From Candidatus Gottesmanbacteria bacterium (GTDB lineage Bacteria; Patescibacteriota; Microgenomatia; UBA10105; UBA927), in the NCBI GenBank assembly GCA_963714095.1, contig OY970230.1, forward strand, positions 334,114 to 386,739: 52,626 nt of DNA, in the 5' to 3' direction. The notes beneath the pieces were generated by a model, which did no database searches, was not told the origin of the DNA, and saw only the letters and a program-made list of their open reading frames with translations. The position numbers were made by a program, and so were the translations under genes. Below, in pieces: positions 16,327 to 26,662 of this stretch. Each line of letters begins with the position of its first letter. Position 1 is the first letter of the stretch.

Positions 16327-16667
16327 AAACCCGCATCTATGCTGTTGAGGCCGTTGATCTGGCCGCCGACAGAAGAGCTGATCTTGTTGATGTAATCCAC
16401 CAGCCAAATCGATGTCGCGATAAGCGATACCGTCGTGAGAAGTATACAGAGAATCCCTATCCGTTTGCTTGCCGTATCCGTCTGTTTGAGATACTTAACC
16501 CCCCACCAATACCCCAATGGCGGCAGGAGGATGCTGCCGAGGTAATACATAATCTCCGTCGCAGGCTTAGTGGATAATAATTTGGGTTTTAAATTCTTTC
16601 CGCAGTTATAACAGAAATAATCGGTATCATGTACCATCACATGGCACTGCGGGCACGTAGGTTCCAT
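16323..16667 (-). CDS. zinc-ribbon membrane protein, hypothetical
   Basis: 114 aa. CPQC...CYNCG zinc ribbon followed by two TM helices. Extended -10 TGcTACAAT lies 6 nt before the ATG. Confidence 0.65.
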   Translation of the reverse strand: MEPTCPQCHVMVHDTDYFCYNCGKNLKPKLLSTKPATEIMYYLGSILLPPLGYWWGVKYLKQTDTASKRIGILCILLTTVSLIATSIWLVDYINKISSSVGGQINGLNSIDAGF

Positions 16668-16732
16668 ACACCTATTGTAGCATGACAGGAATACTGTGAG
16701 TCAGACTGATATTTGATACAATAGAAAGTTGT

Positions 16733-17422
16733 ATGAATCAAGACATCGATAATCCTGCTCCTTCCGCGACTCCGCCGCCGCCGCAGCCGGGACTGCCGAA
16801 GCCGTCGGTCTTTGACCGGATAAAAGGGTGGTACCACGCCCTGCCGGATAAAAAGCGTTATGTGGAATTTTTCAGTGCTCTGCTTTCCATACCGGTACTG
16901 GTGACTGTCATCATCCTCAACATCAACAATCTGAAAAGCGAAAGCCAGCAAAAACTACCCTCCCCCACGCAACCGCCGGCCGTGGTCACCATAATCCAAC
17001 GCCCTCCCCGCGTATCCTCGACGCCGGCTCCCGTGCCGACCGCCACAATTACTCCGACCCCATCTCCAACGCCGACTGCATCCTGCATACAGGCGGTGGG
17101 GCCGGTCAGCATCTCCGCTCCGGATGAAGGCGATGTCGTAACCGGCGATCCTGTGTGTTTAGTTATCGATAGACAGGGTGAGGACTACTGCGGTGTCGTG
17201 TGGAGTTATCAGATAAACGGCGGTCCGTGGAGTGACTTTACCGATAATACGATCTGTATGTACGGTCTTACGCCGGGCGCAAAAACGCTCAATTTGCGGG
17301 TACAAAGTCTGGTATCTTCCGATGAGGTATCGTTGTCACGAAATTTCACGGTCGCAGGCGGCGGACCGGCACCGACAACAGCTCCCACACCTGCAAGCGC
17401 TTCCGCAACCCCGACTAATTAA
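16733..17422 (+). CDS. Pro-rich membrane-anchored hypothetical protein
   Basis: 229 aa with a central TM helix, PT-rich linkers and a Cys-containing globular segment. Confidence 0.6.
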   Translation: MNQDIDNPAPSATPPPPQPGLPKPSVFDRIKGWYHALPDKKRYVEFFSALLSIPVLVTVIILNINNLKSESQQKLPSPTQPPAVVTIIQRPPRVSSTPAPVPTATITPTPSPTPTASCIQAVGPVSISAPDEGDVVTGDPVCLVIDRQGEDYCGVVWSYQINGGPWSDFTDNTICMYGLTPGAKTLNLRVQSLVSSDEVSLSRNFTVAGGGPAPTTAPTPASASATPTN

Positions 17423-17428
17423 TTATTG

Positions 17429-17935
17429 TTACCGCGTGACGGTTGTCTGAGTCGCGTCGTCCCAACATTGCGGCACCATCGTCGTAGGGAAATTATACGG
17501 ATTAACAGTGGCGCATAAAATCGATCCGTTGCCGTCCCAAACCAGTTTCCATGTGCCTGTTAATTTGGTGGCCAGCCACATGCCGCCGCCCGCACTCGCC
17601 GATGCGCTACCTTGGGCAAAATTGCCGACAATTTTGGATACGGTAACTGTCAGGCTTGCAGCGTCTGGCCCGTGTTCTGCCACCAATCCCGCTTTCACGG
17701 CAGCAATAACCGTTGCCGTTTCATCCACAGTAGGAGTTACCACGGCGGCGCTGGGTGTACCCGTATTCGCCATGACTTCCGTCATCGGTGTCGGTGTCGC
17801 TGTGGGGGTTGTAACTGTCACGTTTTCCGCTGTCTGCGGCTGAAGAGTGAGTTTATAATTTGCTCCCAGATAATACCCGCCCGCAATCCCTAAAAGAATA
17901 AGAATAATAACAAGAACTGTGGTTTTTCCGTTCAT
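17429..17935 (-). CDS. membrane-anchored hypothetical protein
   Basis: 168 aa with an N-terminal signal anchor and a TPTATPTP linker. Strong SD (AAGGGGG). Confidence 0.6.
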   Translation of the reverse strand: MNGKTTVLVIILILLGIAGGYYLGANYKLTLQPQTAENVTVTTPTATPTPMTEVMANTGTPSAAVVTPTVDETATVIAAVKAGLVAEHGPDAASLTVTVSKIVGNFAQGSASASAGGGMWLATKLTGTWKLVWDGNGSILCATVNPYNFPTTMVPQCWDDATQTTVTR

Positions 17936-17974
17936 ATATTCCCCCTTATGCGTAATATACTATACTAATTACTG

Positions 17975-18880
17975 ATGTACAAAGCGACGCTCAACACCAG
18001 TAAACTTTACCTCGGACTCCAGCGCCAGTCGGAAATCAGCGAGAAGAAACTCCGTACCAGACATCCGCACGTGGTGACATTTTTTGAGAAGCACGGGATC
18101 ACGCCGTCCCGTATCCGTGAGTATGCCGCAAAGGCCGCGGCAACTGCGGGCGTGACCGGCGCACTTCTTTTTGCCCAACCCCTTACCCAGCAGGTCCTCT
18201 CAACGCCGACCCACCAGATGGCGGCGCTTTCCGCCGATCAGCTACGAACACAACTATCAAACCAACTGGCTACACTGCTCCCGAAAGATGCGACTCTGTC
18301 GACGCCGCTGACTGACACTCAGGAACAAGCAATCAGTAACGAAATTAAAACCACCTGGGGAATAGACGCCAGTGCAACACTTTATGGTGAACGGCTCAAC
18401 CGCAGTTACGGATATATCGGCGCGGAGCAGCATCTCCCCCGCTTCCCCGGCGATTCGGTTCCTGATATGGCACCCGGCACGGGCGCGTGGGGCTATTTTG
18501 CACAAACCGAAGACAGTTTGACACAGGATCTTATCCAAAAAGAAAAATGGTACGTCGCGGTTCAGACCTTATATTTGCCGGACTGGCAAACCAGACTCAA
18601 TTATTTGAGAGACTGGTATAAATACCGGAAAGTTCTCGTTATAAATCCGGTAAACGGAAAAACAGTGGTTGCGGACGTTGCCGATTCCGGCCCTGCCCAG
18701 TCAACAGGTAAACAGTTCGGCGGCTCACCGGAAATCATGGCATATCTGGGCCTTAACACAGGCCCGCAGAAAGGCGCGGTCGTACTGTTTTTCGTCAACG
18801 ACCCGAATAATCAAATACCCTTGGGGCCCGTGGAGTACAATGTACGTACGGGCACGCCGCAGGTTGCGGACAAACTATGA
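17975..18880 (+). CDS. secreted protein with possible RlpA-like double-psi beta-barrel C-terminal domain
   Basis: 301 aa. The C-terminus KVLVINPVNGKTVVADVADSGP...GGSPEIMAYLGL resembles DPBB/RlpA-type domains (moderate call). Confidence 0.55.
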   Translation: MYKATLNTSKLYLGLQRQSEISEKKLRTRHPHVVTFFEKHGITPSRIREYAAKAAATAGVTGALLFAQPLTQQVLSTPTHQMAALSADQLRTQLSNQLATLLPKDATLSTPLTDTQEQAISNEIKTTWGIDASATLYGERLNRSYGYIGAEQHLPRFPGDSVPDMAPGTGAWGYFAQTEDSLTQDLIQKEKWYVAVQTLYLPDWQTRLNYLRDWYKYRKVLVINPVNGKTVVADVADSGPAQSTGKQFGGSPEIMAYLGLNTGPQKGAVVLFFVNDPNNQIPLGPVEYNVRTGTPQVADKL

Positions 18881-19206
18881 ACCAACTCTTTTATGACCAT
18901 TTAATCGTTATCGAAGAAATAGTCGCGGTACTTGATGACCATACGGTAAGCACCAAAGACAAAACAAAAATACTTGAACTGATGGATGCCACCCTCCAGC
19001 ACGAGATATTGGACGTAATCTTTACGTATCTTCCCCGCGAGTATCATGAGGAATTTCTGGAAAAATTCCGTGCGGCCCCCGGCGATACGGCGCTCATGCA
19101 ATACCTGAAGGATAACTCGCCCGTTAATATCGAGCTGGCGATTTTAGACCGCGCCAACAAAACCAAACGGAAGTTCCTTGCACAGGTTCGTAAACACTCC
19201 CTGTAG
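18877..19206 (+). CDS. hypothetical protein
   Basis: 109 aa. ATGA overlap with the upstream gene suggests coupling. No family recognised. Confidence 0.5.
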   Translation: MNQLFYDHLIVIEEIVAVLDDHTVSTKDKTKILELMDATLQHEILDVIFTYLPREYHEEFLEKFRAAPGDTALMQYLKDNSPVNIELAILDRANKTKRKFLAQVRKHSL

Positions 19207-19246
19207 ACTTGAAAAATAGCTTATAGTGTGATATCATTTAGCTTCT

Positions 19247-19888
19247 GTGAACACACTATTTGCCCTTGTCATCCATGCCATTATGGCCTCAAAATCAGCT
19301 GCCGGCGGTTATTTGCTCGGCACCCAAAACGTGCGTGCAGAGCGGAGCTTCAGCCTTACCGACCGCTACCCAAATCCGTGGGTAAGCGGCATCTTCCGCG
19401 ACAACATTCTGCTCACCCTGAGTTACATGGATCATGAGGTCAAAAATCCGGCCTCAGTGGACTGGTCTCTCATCGATAAACCGCAATCTTATAGTTTTAC
19501 GTTAAATCCCGGGAAAGTGTTTGCATTCCACCCCGACGTTTTACCCCAGTTTGAAGGGAAAGTCAGTGTAACCATGAGATCACACTTTAACTATCAAGAT
19601 GGTTTCAAATCCGACGGATATTTAACCGGCGACGGCGTGTGCCATCTTGCATCCCTGATCTATTGGGCGGCAAAAGACGCAGGGCTCGCGGCACTGGCCC
19701 CTACCAACCACAACTTTGCCTCCATTCCCGAAGTACCTAAAAAATACGGAGTGGCAATTTATTATATCCCGGGCTCCCATGACACAAACGCACAACAAAA
19801 TCTCTACATCACCAATACATTTGATAAACCCGTACACTTCGCGTTTGCCTACGACGGCACCGATCTTACCGTCAAAGTCATTGATTAA
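19247..19888 (+). CDS. VanW-like domain protein
   Basis: 213 aa. GDGVCHLASLIYWAAKDAGL...NHN...YGVAIYY...NLYITNT is a VanW-type motif order. GTG start 9 nt after TTGAAA-17-TATCAT. Confidence 0.65.
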   Translation: MNTLFALVIHAIMASKSAAGGYLLGTQNVRAERSFSLTDRYPNPWVSGIFRDNILLTLSYMDHEVKNPASVDWSLIDKPQSYSFTLNPGKVFAFHPDVLPQFEGKVSVTMRSHFNYQDGFKSDGYLTGDGVCHLASLIYWAAKDAGLAALAPTNHNFASIPEVPKKYGVAIYYIPGSHDTNAQQNLYITNTFDKPVHFAFAYDGTDLTVKVID

Positions 19889-20336
19889 GAAGAAGAAGTG
19901 AAAAATTGAGAACGCTGGCAAAGGACACCCAGGCAAGATACGGGAGTAAAAGATACGCAGCCGCACGGTTTATCCGGTAAAATTCGCGGATAACAGCAAC
20001 GATGAGACCCCACAGGATAAGAATCATGAACATCCCTCCTCCAATTGAATGAAGCCCAAAAAATACCACGGACCAGCCGGCATTGAACATAAGATGAATA
20101 AGGAAAAGTGTCAACGACTTCCTCTTTATCCACACGAGATACATCGCAATACCCATGAGTATATACAGTGTCGTCCAGACAGGCCCGAAGACCCAGTTCG
20201 GCGGATTAAATGCGGGTTTTGCAATAGCCGCGTACCATGTCGGAATGGCGGAAAACGTAAACAGTGAACCGATCAACCCTGCTGATAAACAAATGATAAT
20301 CGAAAGGAATAATTTTCCTGCGTTCAGTTTTTTCAT
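19878..20336 (-). CDS. tspO: TspO/MBR tryptophan-rich sensory protein
   Basis: Start set at MKKLNAGKLF (ATG 20336). Contains FNPPNWVFGPVWTTLYILMG and LLPYLAWVSFASVLN. Confidence 0.85.
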   Translation of the reverse strand: MKKLNAGKLFLSIIICLSAGLIGSLFTFSAIPTWYAAIAKPAFNPPNWVFGPVWTTLYILMGIAMYLVWIKRKSLTLFLIHLMFNAGWSVVFFGLHSIGGGMFMILILWGLIVAVIREFYRINRAAAYLLLPYLAWVSFASVLNFSLLLLNQ

Positions 20337-20374
20337 ATCTTTTCTATTATACCAAGCGTGATACAATTTGTTTC

Positions 20375-21274
20375 ATGCTGAAAAGATGTATTTTCCTGAT
20401 GGTTGTGTGTTTCATCGTTGCCTGCGGCGCATACATATTTACCAAAGAAAAAACCAAATCTTTCGTATCCCCCATCCAGAGCGATGCATATACCAGGATT
20501 CTCGGAATTTTTTCGGTACGTAAGGATCCGGAAGTGTTAAAAAAACAAATACAGTCTGCTATCGGCGATACGTTTAAAAATTATTCCGTCTATATCGTGG
20601 ATTTCCATTCCAACTTCTCCATGGGTATCAACGAATCGGAACAATTTACCGCCGCGTCCGTCAATAAAATTCCGATTCTGGCCACGCTCTATGATCAGGC
20701 GCAAAACGGTAAAGTCAATTTTGACCAGATAATTACTCTGCAACCTGATGATATACAGGATTACGGCACCGGCAGTATCCGCTACGACCCGCCGGGAACG
20801 ACGTACACGGTAAAAACACTCGCCCGTCTCATGATGCAGAAAAGCGACAATACGGCAGCTTTTTTACTGGGTAACTATGTCGTCGGACTTCCGACCGTGC
20901 AGTCAATCATCAACAGCTGGGGACTCACACAAACGGATATGGCAAATAACCAAACGTCAAATAAAGACATGGAGCTTCTTATGCATAAAATGTACAGTAA
21001 TAACGTTACAAATCCCGCAGCGACCACGGAAATGCTCGGGTTTATGCGCGACAGCGATTTTGAAGACCGCATACCGGGAGATTTGCCCCACGATGTAACG
21101 GTCTATCATAAAATCGGCAACGGCGACAACGGAGAGATCCATGACGTGGGCATCGTCGTGCACGGCAATACGGTTTATTACATCGGCATACTCACAACTG
21201 ACGCGGGCGACGAGGACACGGCGGATAAACTGGAGGCCAAAATTTCGAAAATCGTGTATGATTTTATGAAATAA
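20375..21274 (+). CDS. class A beta-lactamase-like serine hydrolase
   Basis: 299 aa. SxxK (ASVNK), SDN (KSDNTAA) and a KTG-like HKIG motif, plus an N-terminal signal anchor. Leaderless-type TGaTACAAT lies 7 nt before the ATG. Confidence 0.8.
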   Translation: MLKRCIFLMVVCFIVACGAYIFTKEKTKSFVSPIQSDAYTRILGIFSVRKDPEVLKKQIQSAIGDTFKNYSVYIVDFHSNFSMGINESEQFTAASVNKIPILATLYDQAQNGKVNFDQIITLQPDDIQDYGTGSIRYDPPGTTYTVKTLARLMMQKSDNTAAFLLGNYVVGLPTVQSIINSWGLTQTDMANNQTSNKDMELLMHKMYSNNVTNPAATTEMLGFMRDSDFEDRIPGDLPHDVTVYHKIGNGDNGEIHDVGIVVHGNTVYYIGILTTDAGDEDTADKLEAKISKIVYDFMK

Positions 21275-21277
21275 CCG

Positions 21278-23683
21278 TTACTTTCTGATAAGAGGTTTTA
21301 TGAGGGCAAGCTTCAGGACTTCGTCCATGTGCTCGACAAAGTGAAACTTGAGATCCGTAGAAACGCTTTTGGGAATATCTTCGAGATCTTTCTTATTATT
21401 TTTCGGCAGAATGACGGTGGAGATGCCTGCCCGGTGGGCGGCTATCACTTTTTCCTTCACGCCGCCGATTTCCAGAACTCTCCCCCGCAGGGTAATTTCC
21501 CCTGTCATTGCAATGGTGCGATGGGTCGGAATTTTTGTAAGCGCGGAAACAATTGCCGTTGCAATTGCGGCCCCGGCAGACGGTCCATCTTTGGGCACTG
21601 CCCCTTCCGGCACGTGTACGTGAACGTCTATCTTCTGGAAAAACTTTTCCGGTAACCCCAATAGTTTCCAGCGGCTCCGCACATAAGACATGGCGGCAGT
21701 CGCGGATTCTTTCATTACATCACCGAGTTGGCCGGTTAGTGTAAGATTGCCTCGCCCAGGCATGAGCGCACATTCAATAAAGAGAATATCGCCGCCCGCC
21801 TCGGTCCAGGCAAGACCCGTGGACATACCGACTTCATCCTTCGTCTCCGCGAGCATGGAAGTAAATTTTGTCGGCCCAAGATATTCATGCAACACAGCAG
21901 GCCCGATTGTGAATGTGGGCCGTTTTCCTTTAACATCCGCAATCTTTTTTGCAACCTTTCTGAAAATCGTCGCTATTTCCCGCTCGAGGTTGCGGACTCC
22001 TGCCTCACGCGTATATTGCCGGATAATTTCATACAGTCCCGGATCTGTAAGCTTCACCGTATTTATCGGCACACCATGAATTTCCCGCTCTTTTTCAAAA
22101 AGAAAATCGCGCCCTATGTGGAACTTTTCATCTTCCGTATAGCCGGGGAAATGGATGACCTCCAGGCGGTCACGGAGCGCCGGCGGAATGGTATCCAGTA
22201 CATTGCAGGTGGTAATAAAAAATACGTCGGACAAATCAAACGGTACTTCCAGATAATGATCAGAGAATGAATAATTCTGTTCCGGATCAAGCGCCTCAAG
22301 AAGTGCCGCCGACGGATCACCGCGGAAATCAGTCCCCACTTTATCAATTTCATCCAGCATAAATACCGGATTTTTAGTACTAGCCTGCTTAATACCCTGG
22401 ATGATACGGCCCGGCAACGCCCCGACGTAGGTTCTGCGGTGGCCGCGGATTTCCGCTTCATCCCGGATGCCCCCGAGGGACATTTTGACGAATTTACGGC
22501 CTAAACTTCTTGCGATGGACTTGCCGATGGACGTCTTGCCTACTCCGGGCGGACCCACAAAACACAGGATGGTCGGCGCGGATTTCGCCTTCCGAGGCTT
22601 GTCCTCCGAAGCCCCGCTCTTCGGTACGGAGGAGGATGCTTCCACCGCTGCCGTTCGAAGTTTCATGACGGCAAGATATTCGAGTATCCGCTCTTTAATT
22701 TTCTTGAGTCCGTAGTGATCGTGATTAAGAATTTTTTCCGCGTCGGCAATTACGACGTTGTTGGGACTGGCCACAGCCCACGGAAGATCAACGAGCCAGT
22801 CCAGGTACGCACGCACGTAGGAGGACTCAGGGTTGTATTGGGACATCTGGATAAGCCGCGACAATTCTTTCTCCGCTTTGGCGCGGACGTCCGGCGGCAT
22901 ACCCGCTTTTTTAATTTTATCGGCTAGCTCTTTGTATTCTTTGTTCCCGTCATCTTCGCCGAGTTCTTTTTCAATGGTCTTCATGCGCTCACGCAGCACC
23001 TGTTCACGCACGTTTTTATCAAATTTTTCCTGAGTCTTATTAGCGATTTTCTTTTCCAGCTCCAAAATCTTGACTTCACGCGACAGGTACGTAATTTCTT
23101 TTTCAAGACGCATTTTAATGGACGTCATTTCGAGGAGTTCCTGCCGTTCATTGGGCTTGATATCAAGTACACCCGCCACCTGGTGGGAAAGTAACTGGGG
23201 AGAAACGCCCGACATAATGTTCATGAACGTGAGGAAATCCATGGTTTTCCCCAATTTGACTGCCTGCCGCAGTTCATTGGTCAGATGATTAAACAGTGCC
23301 TTGGTCTCTTCATCTTCCTCAATAGTGTCAGTGAGCGTTAACGCGCGTGCCACAAAAAACGGCTCTACTGCTTCATAGGAGAGAATCTCGACTTTGGACA
23401 CACCGCGGACCAGGGCATTGATTTCACCCTCATTTTTCATCATCTGGACAATTTCACCGACCGTGGCGATAGAATAGAGATCAGACGGTGTCGGATCATT
23501 CACGTTGGGATTCCGTTGCATAACGAGGATCACGCGTTTGCCCGAAGTCTGGCCGGCTTCAATCGCCGAGACGCTTCGCTGCCTGCCGAAGGTAAGGATC
23601 ATCTCCGTACCGGGAAAAACGATCCCGTCACGAATGGGAACTACCGGTAAAACCATTTCAGATGGATTGAGTATTTCGTCCAT
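21278..23683 (-). CDS. lon: ATP-dependent Lon protease
   Basis: LON N-domain, Walker [10 protein letters not shown] and protease motif [14 protein letters not shown]. Start set at MDEILNPSE (ATG 23683), which has a GAAGGA SD. The ORF-track GTG at 23701 lies inside the operator. Confidence 0.95.
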   Translation of the reverse strand: MDEILNPSEMVLPVVPIRDGIVFPGTEMILTFGRQRSVSAIEAGQTSGKRVILVMQRNPNVNDPTPSDLYSIATVGEIVQMMKNEGEINALVRGVSKVEILSYEAVEPFFVARALTLTDTIEEDEETKALFNHLTNELRQAVKLGKTMDFLTFMNIMSGVSPQLLSHQVAGVLDIKPNERQELLEMTSIKMRLEKEITYLSREVKILELEKKIANKTQEKFDKNVREQVLRERMKTIEKELGEDDGNKEYKELADKIKKAGMPPDVRAKAEKELSRLIQMSQYNPESSYVRAYLDWLVDLPWAVASPNNVVIADAEKILNHDHYGLKKIKERILEYLAVMKLRTAAVEASSSVPKSGASEDKPRKAKSAPTILCFVGPPGVGKTSIGKSIARSLGRKFVKMSLGGIRDEAEIRGHRRTYVGALPGRIIQGIKQASTKNPVFMLDEIDKVGTDFRGDPSAALLEALDPEQNYSFSDHYLEVPFDLSDVFFITTCNVLDTIPPALRDRLEVIHFPGYTEDEKFHIGRDFLFEKEREIHGVPINTVKLTDPGLYEIIRQYTREAGVRNLEREIATIFRKVAKKIADVKGKRPTFTIGPAVLHEYLGPTKFTSMLAETKDEVGMSTGLAWTEAGGDILFIECALMPGRGNLTLTGQLGDVMKESATAAMSYVRSRWKLLGLPEKFFQKIDVHVHVPEGAVPKDGPSAGAAIATAIVSALTKIPTHRTIAMTGEITLRGRVLEIGGVKEKVIAAHRAGISTVILPKNNKKDLEDIPKSVSTDLKFHFVEHMDEVLKLALIKPLIRK

Positions 23684-23694
23684 TGTATCCTTCT

Positions 23695-23721
23695 CTAGCA
23701 CTCGAGTATAACAAGTGCTAG
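23695..23721. promoter_or_regulatory. CIRCE-like inverted repeat (putative HrcA operator) overlapping the lon promoter
   Basis: CTAGCACTC-gagtataac-AAGTGCTAG compared with the CIRCE consensus TTAGCACTC-N9-GAGTGCTAA. The core TAGCACT/AGTGCTA is a perfect inverted repeat. The lon promoter TTGACG (23733..23728)-17-TATACT (23710..23705) is embedded in it. Confidence 0.6.
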
Positions 23722-23750
23722 AGCTTGCGTCAAGAGGCGCGGATCTAACA

Positions 23751-24611
23751 TTATATAAACTCGCTGAGGAGCTCCTGAAGATTTACGATGGTAAGCGGGC
23801 TGTCTTTCAGCGGGCCGGCGGAAAGGGCCGACTCGTGATCTTCGCTGGTCGGTTTATCCTCTTTGTAAAAGATGCCGACGGGGATTTTGTCACCCCACTC
23901 CAGGGCTTTTTCCATGGCATTCAATTTATTATCCGGTACGTACCCCGCCTCTTCCAGCTTGTATAGGCGCGGACGGTACCATTGGTACGTATGCACTTTA
24001 TCAAACGTCACACATGGCTGGAGGATATCAATAACTGAAAATCCTTTGTGCTGCACCGCGGCGGCAATCAGCGCTGTAAGTCCCTGTGCATCCCCAGAAA
24101 ATCCGCGGGCCACAAAAGTCGCACCGGCGCCGATTGCAAGCGCCAGCAGATTGACCGGTTCGTCTACGACTCCTTCCGGCGTGGATTTAGTTTTAAATCC
24201 TGCTTTGGCCGTGGGCGACGCCTGACCCGTCGTAAGGCCATACACCTGATTGTCATGGATAAGAACCGTGATATCTGGATTCCGTTTGGCCGCGTGAAGG
24301 AAATGGTTTCCGCCCTCCCCCAGCCCGTCGCCGTCACCGGATGAAACAATCACCGGCAATTTGTGATTGGCAAGTCGTAGTCCCTGAGCGACAGGCAATG
24401 TCCTACCGTGAAGGGCTGCAACACCGTACATTTTCATCCAATCGTACATATTGCCGTGACACCCGACGCCGTACACAATGACACCGTCATCCGTACCGAT
24501 ACCCAAACTCGCCAGTGCATTTTTCAAAGACATCCAGATGCCGAAGTTGCCGCACCCCGGGCACCAGGTAGGAGAAAATCCCGATTGAAACGTATCTGCA
24601 GTTACAGTCAT
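23751..24611 (-). CDS. korB: 2-oxoacid:ferredoxin oxidoreductase, beta (TPP-binding) subunit
   Basis: [14 protein letters not shown] and SGDGDG TPP motifs. Start set at ATG 24611, which forms an ATGA overlap with the alpha-subunit stop. Confidence 0.9.
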   Translation of the reverse strand: MTVTADTFQSGFSPTWCPGCGNFGIWMSLKNALASLGIGTDDGVIVYGVGCHGNMYDWMKMYGVAALHGRTLPVAQGLRLANHKLPVIVSSGDGDGLGEGGNHFLHAAKRNPDITVLIHDNQVYGLTTGQASPTAKAGFKTKSTPEGVVDEPVNLLALAIGAGATFVARGFSGDAQGLTALIAAAVQHKGFSVIDILQPCVTFDKVHTYQWYRPRLYKLEEAGYVPDNKLNAMEKALEWGDKIPVGIFYKEDKPTSEDHESALSAGPLKDSPLTIVNLQELLSEFI

Positions 24612-26353
24612 ACTGTAGTCACTTTCTCCACAATTTCTTCCGGATACCAAATTCTTCCGTCATTTTTCAGTAATTTATCTTTTATGAGAATTCCGGTATT
24701 TTCGCGGATTAATGATGCCATCTGTCCTGTGGCATTCTGCTCCACATCGATAATGCGTGGCGCCGGGGACAATAATTTCATCGCTTCTTCCGTCGGAAAC
24801 GGATAAATCCAGGAGAAATGAACAAGTCTGGTTTTTTTGCCTTGTGCAGCAAGTAGCTTCATCGCCTCAAGTACCGGCCCGCGGGTACTGCCCCATGTGA
24901 CAAAGGTAATTTCCACGTTCGTGTCCGCATCACCAAATACTTCGGGTGCCCTGACGTCTTTTTTCATCGCCTCAAATTTCTTCATACGTTTCTCCGACAT
25001 CGCGACACGCACGTCGGACTTTTCCGTCACATGCCCTATTTCATCGTGTTCATAGGAATTTGCGTAATAAAATCCGCCCTTTTGTCCGGGAACGCTTCGC
25101 GGTGACACGCCATCGGAAACTGACAAATCATATCGTTTAAACGATCCGTCGGTCGGCAAATCCGCATCTTTGACTAATTTCCCACGGTCTATTTGTATGT
25201 CCCCTGATACATGAGATTTTGGTACACACCATTGGCTTTCGTTTAAATATTTGTCCGTAAGAATAAATACCGGTATTTGATAGCGGTCGGCAAGGTTAAA
25301 AGCTTCCACGGTAAGGGTATACGCCTCCGCTCCGTCAGCGGGCGCAAGCACTATTCGCGGAAACTCACCATGGCCTGCGTGGATGACAAACTGCAATTCT
25401 CCCTGTTCACTCCACGTCGGCATGCCGGTTGATGGACCCACACGCATCCCCAGATCAATAACCAGCGGCGCTTCGATCATACCCGCCCAGGACAAACCCT
25501 CCACCATAAGCGCAAATCCGCCGCCAGACGTGGCTACCATGCTGCGGACGCCGCCCAGTGACGCCCCGATTGCCATATTGATACCCGCTATTTCATCCTC
25601 CGGCTGCTTATACACGATATGTAACTGTTTTGCATGGTCCGCCAGAAAGGTAATGAGCGCGTTAATGGGTGTCATGGGATATATGGCGGCAAATTTTAAT
25701 CCCGCCCGGACTGCCCCCAAACCGATTGCTTCGCTTGCATTCACAATAAGTTGGTCTTCTTTTTTAGTTATGGGAGAAAGATTCAAAGATTGTTCGTTTA
25801 CATGATTTTGTTTCACAAAATCATAGCCTGCGCGCGCAATATCAACGTTATTTTTAATAACTTCCGGTCCTTTCCTCTTAAACTGGTCGGCTATGACGGT
25901 TTCAAAATGAGTAAACGGCGCACCCAACAGCGCGATGCTTGCACCGATTGCAACAGTATTGCGCATCACAGGATCGCCATTGAATTTGGTCACGAGTTCC
26001 GTTAATGGCACGCCAATGAGTCTGACGGGTTTGGAGAAATCACCAGCTGACTGATCTCCGTCTTTCGGATCGAAAATTACCAGGGCATTTTCACTCAATT
26101 CCTCCTTATAGAGATCAACTGTTTCCTTATTTAATGCCACCAACAAATGAAGGTCGCGGTTCATCGCCTCAAATTTTTGTGTACCAATGCGGACTGTTAC
26201 GAGATTGTGCCCTCCGCGGATACGTGACGGGTATTCGTTGGTCGCCAGTACATGATACCCTGCGCGGGAAAATGTGCGCGCCAACATGGCTCCGCTTGCC
26301 ATTATCCCAAACCCTGCTTCACCTCCGATTTTCCAAGTAACAGAATCCATCAT
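24608..26353 (-). CDS. korA: 2-oxoacid:ferredoxin oxidoreductase, fused gamma/alpha subunit
   Basis: 581 aa. N-terminal gamma-like GGEAGFGIM, then the alpha core AAIYPMTPI...GASLGG. Confidence 0.9.
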   Translation of the reverse strand: MMDSVTWKIGGEAGFGIMASGAMLARTFSRAGYHVLATNEYPSRIRGGHNLVTVRIGTQKFEAMNRDLHLLVALNKETVDLYKEELSENALVIFDPKDGDQSAGDFSKPVRLIGVPLTELVTKFNGDPVMRNTVAIGASIALLGAPFTHFETVIADQFKRKGPEVIKNNVDIARAGYDFVKQNHVNEQSLNLSPITKKEDQLIVNASEAIGLGAVRAGLKFAAIYPMTPINALITFLADHAKQLHIVYKQPEDEIAGINMAIGASLGGVRSMVATSGGGFALMVEGLSWAGMIEAPLVIDLGMRVGPSTGMPTWSEQGELQFVIHAGHGEFPRIVLAPADGAEAYTLTVEAFNLADRYQIPVFILTDKYLNESQWCVPKSHVSGDIQIDRGKLVKDADLPTDGSFKRYDLSVSDGVSPRSVPGQKGGFYYANSYEHDEIGHVTEKSDVRVAMSEKRMKKFEAMKKDVRAPEVFGDADTNVEITFVTWGSTRGPVLEAMKLLAAQGKKTRLVHFSWIYPFPTEEAMKLLSPAPRIIDVEQNATGQMASLIRENTGILIKDKLLKNDGRIWYPEEIVEKVTTV

Positions 26354-26403
26354 ATATCTAGATTACCACAGTTATTCAGTCGAGGGGGTGAAGAAAAATC
26401 ATT

Positions 26404-26658
26404 CTACGGAAAAATTTGTTTACCCGTGTCGTCGGTGATGAAGATTGCCATGACCGGACAACCTTTTGCCGCTTCGATAAGCACTTCGTCAGACTCCTGA
26501 TCGGCCGTATCCAGAATTATTGCTTTCGCCTCGTTATCCAGCGCCCAGGCTTTGGGCGCAATCGCCACACAGGTTGCCGCGCCGATACAGAGATTTCTAT
26601 CAATGCGCATCGTGAGTTTCCGGATAGTACGTTTTACTTTCGGGTCGTTATCATCCAT
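26404..26658 (-). CDS. small single-cluster ferredoxin, probably [3Fe-4S] type
   Basis: 84 aa. Cluster motif CIGAATC (CxxAxxC) plus a distal CP (GCPVMAI). Only three Cys ligands. Confidence 0.8.
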   Translation of the reverse strand: MDDNDPKVKRTIRKLTMRIDRNLCIGAATCVAIAPKAWALDNEAKAIILDTADQESDEVLIEAAKGCPVMAIFITDDTGKQIFP

Positions 26659-26662
26659 AAAG

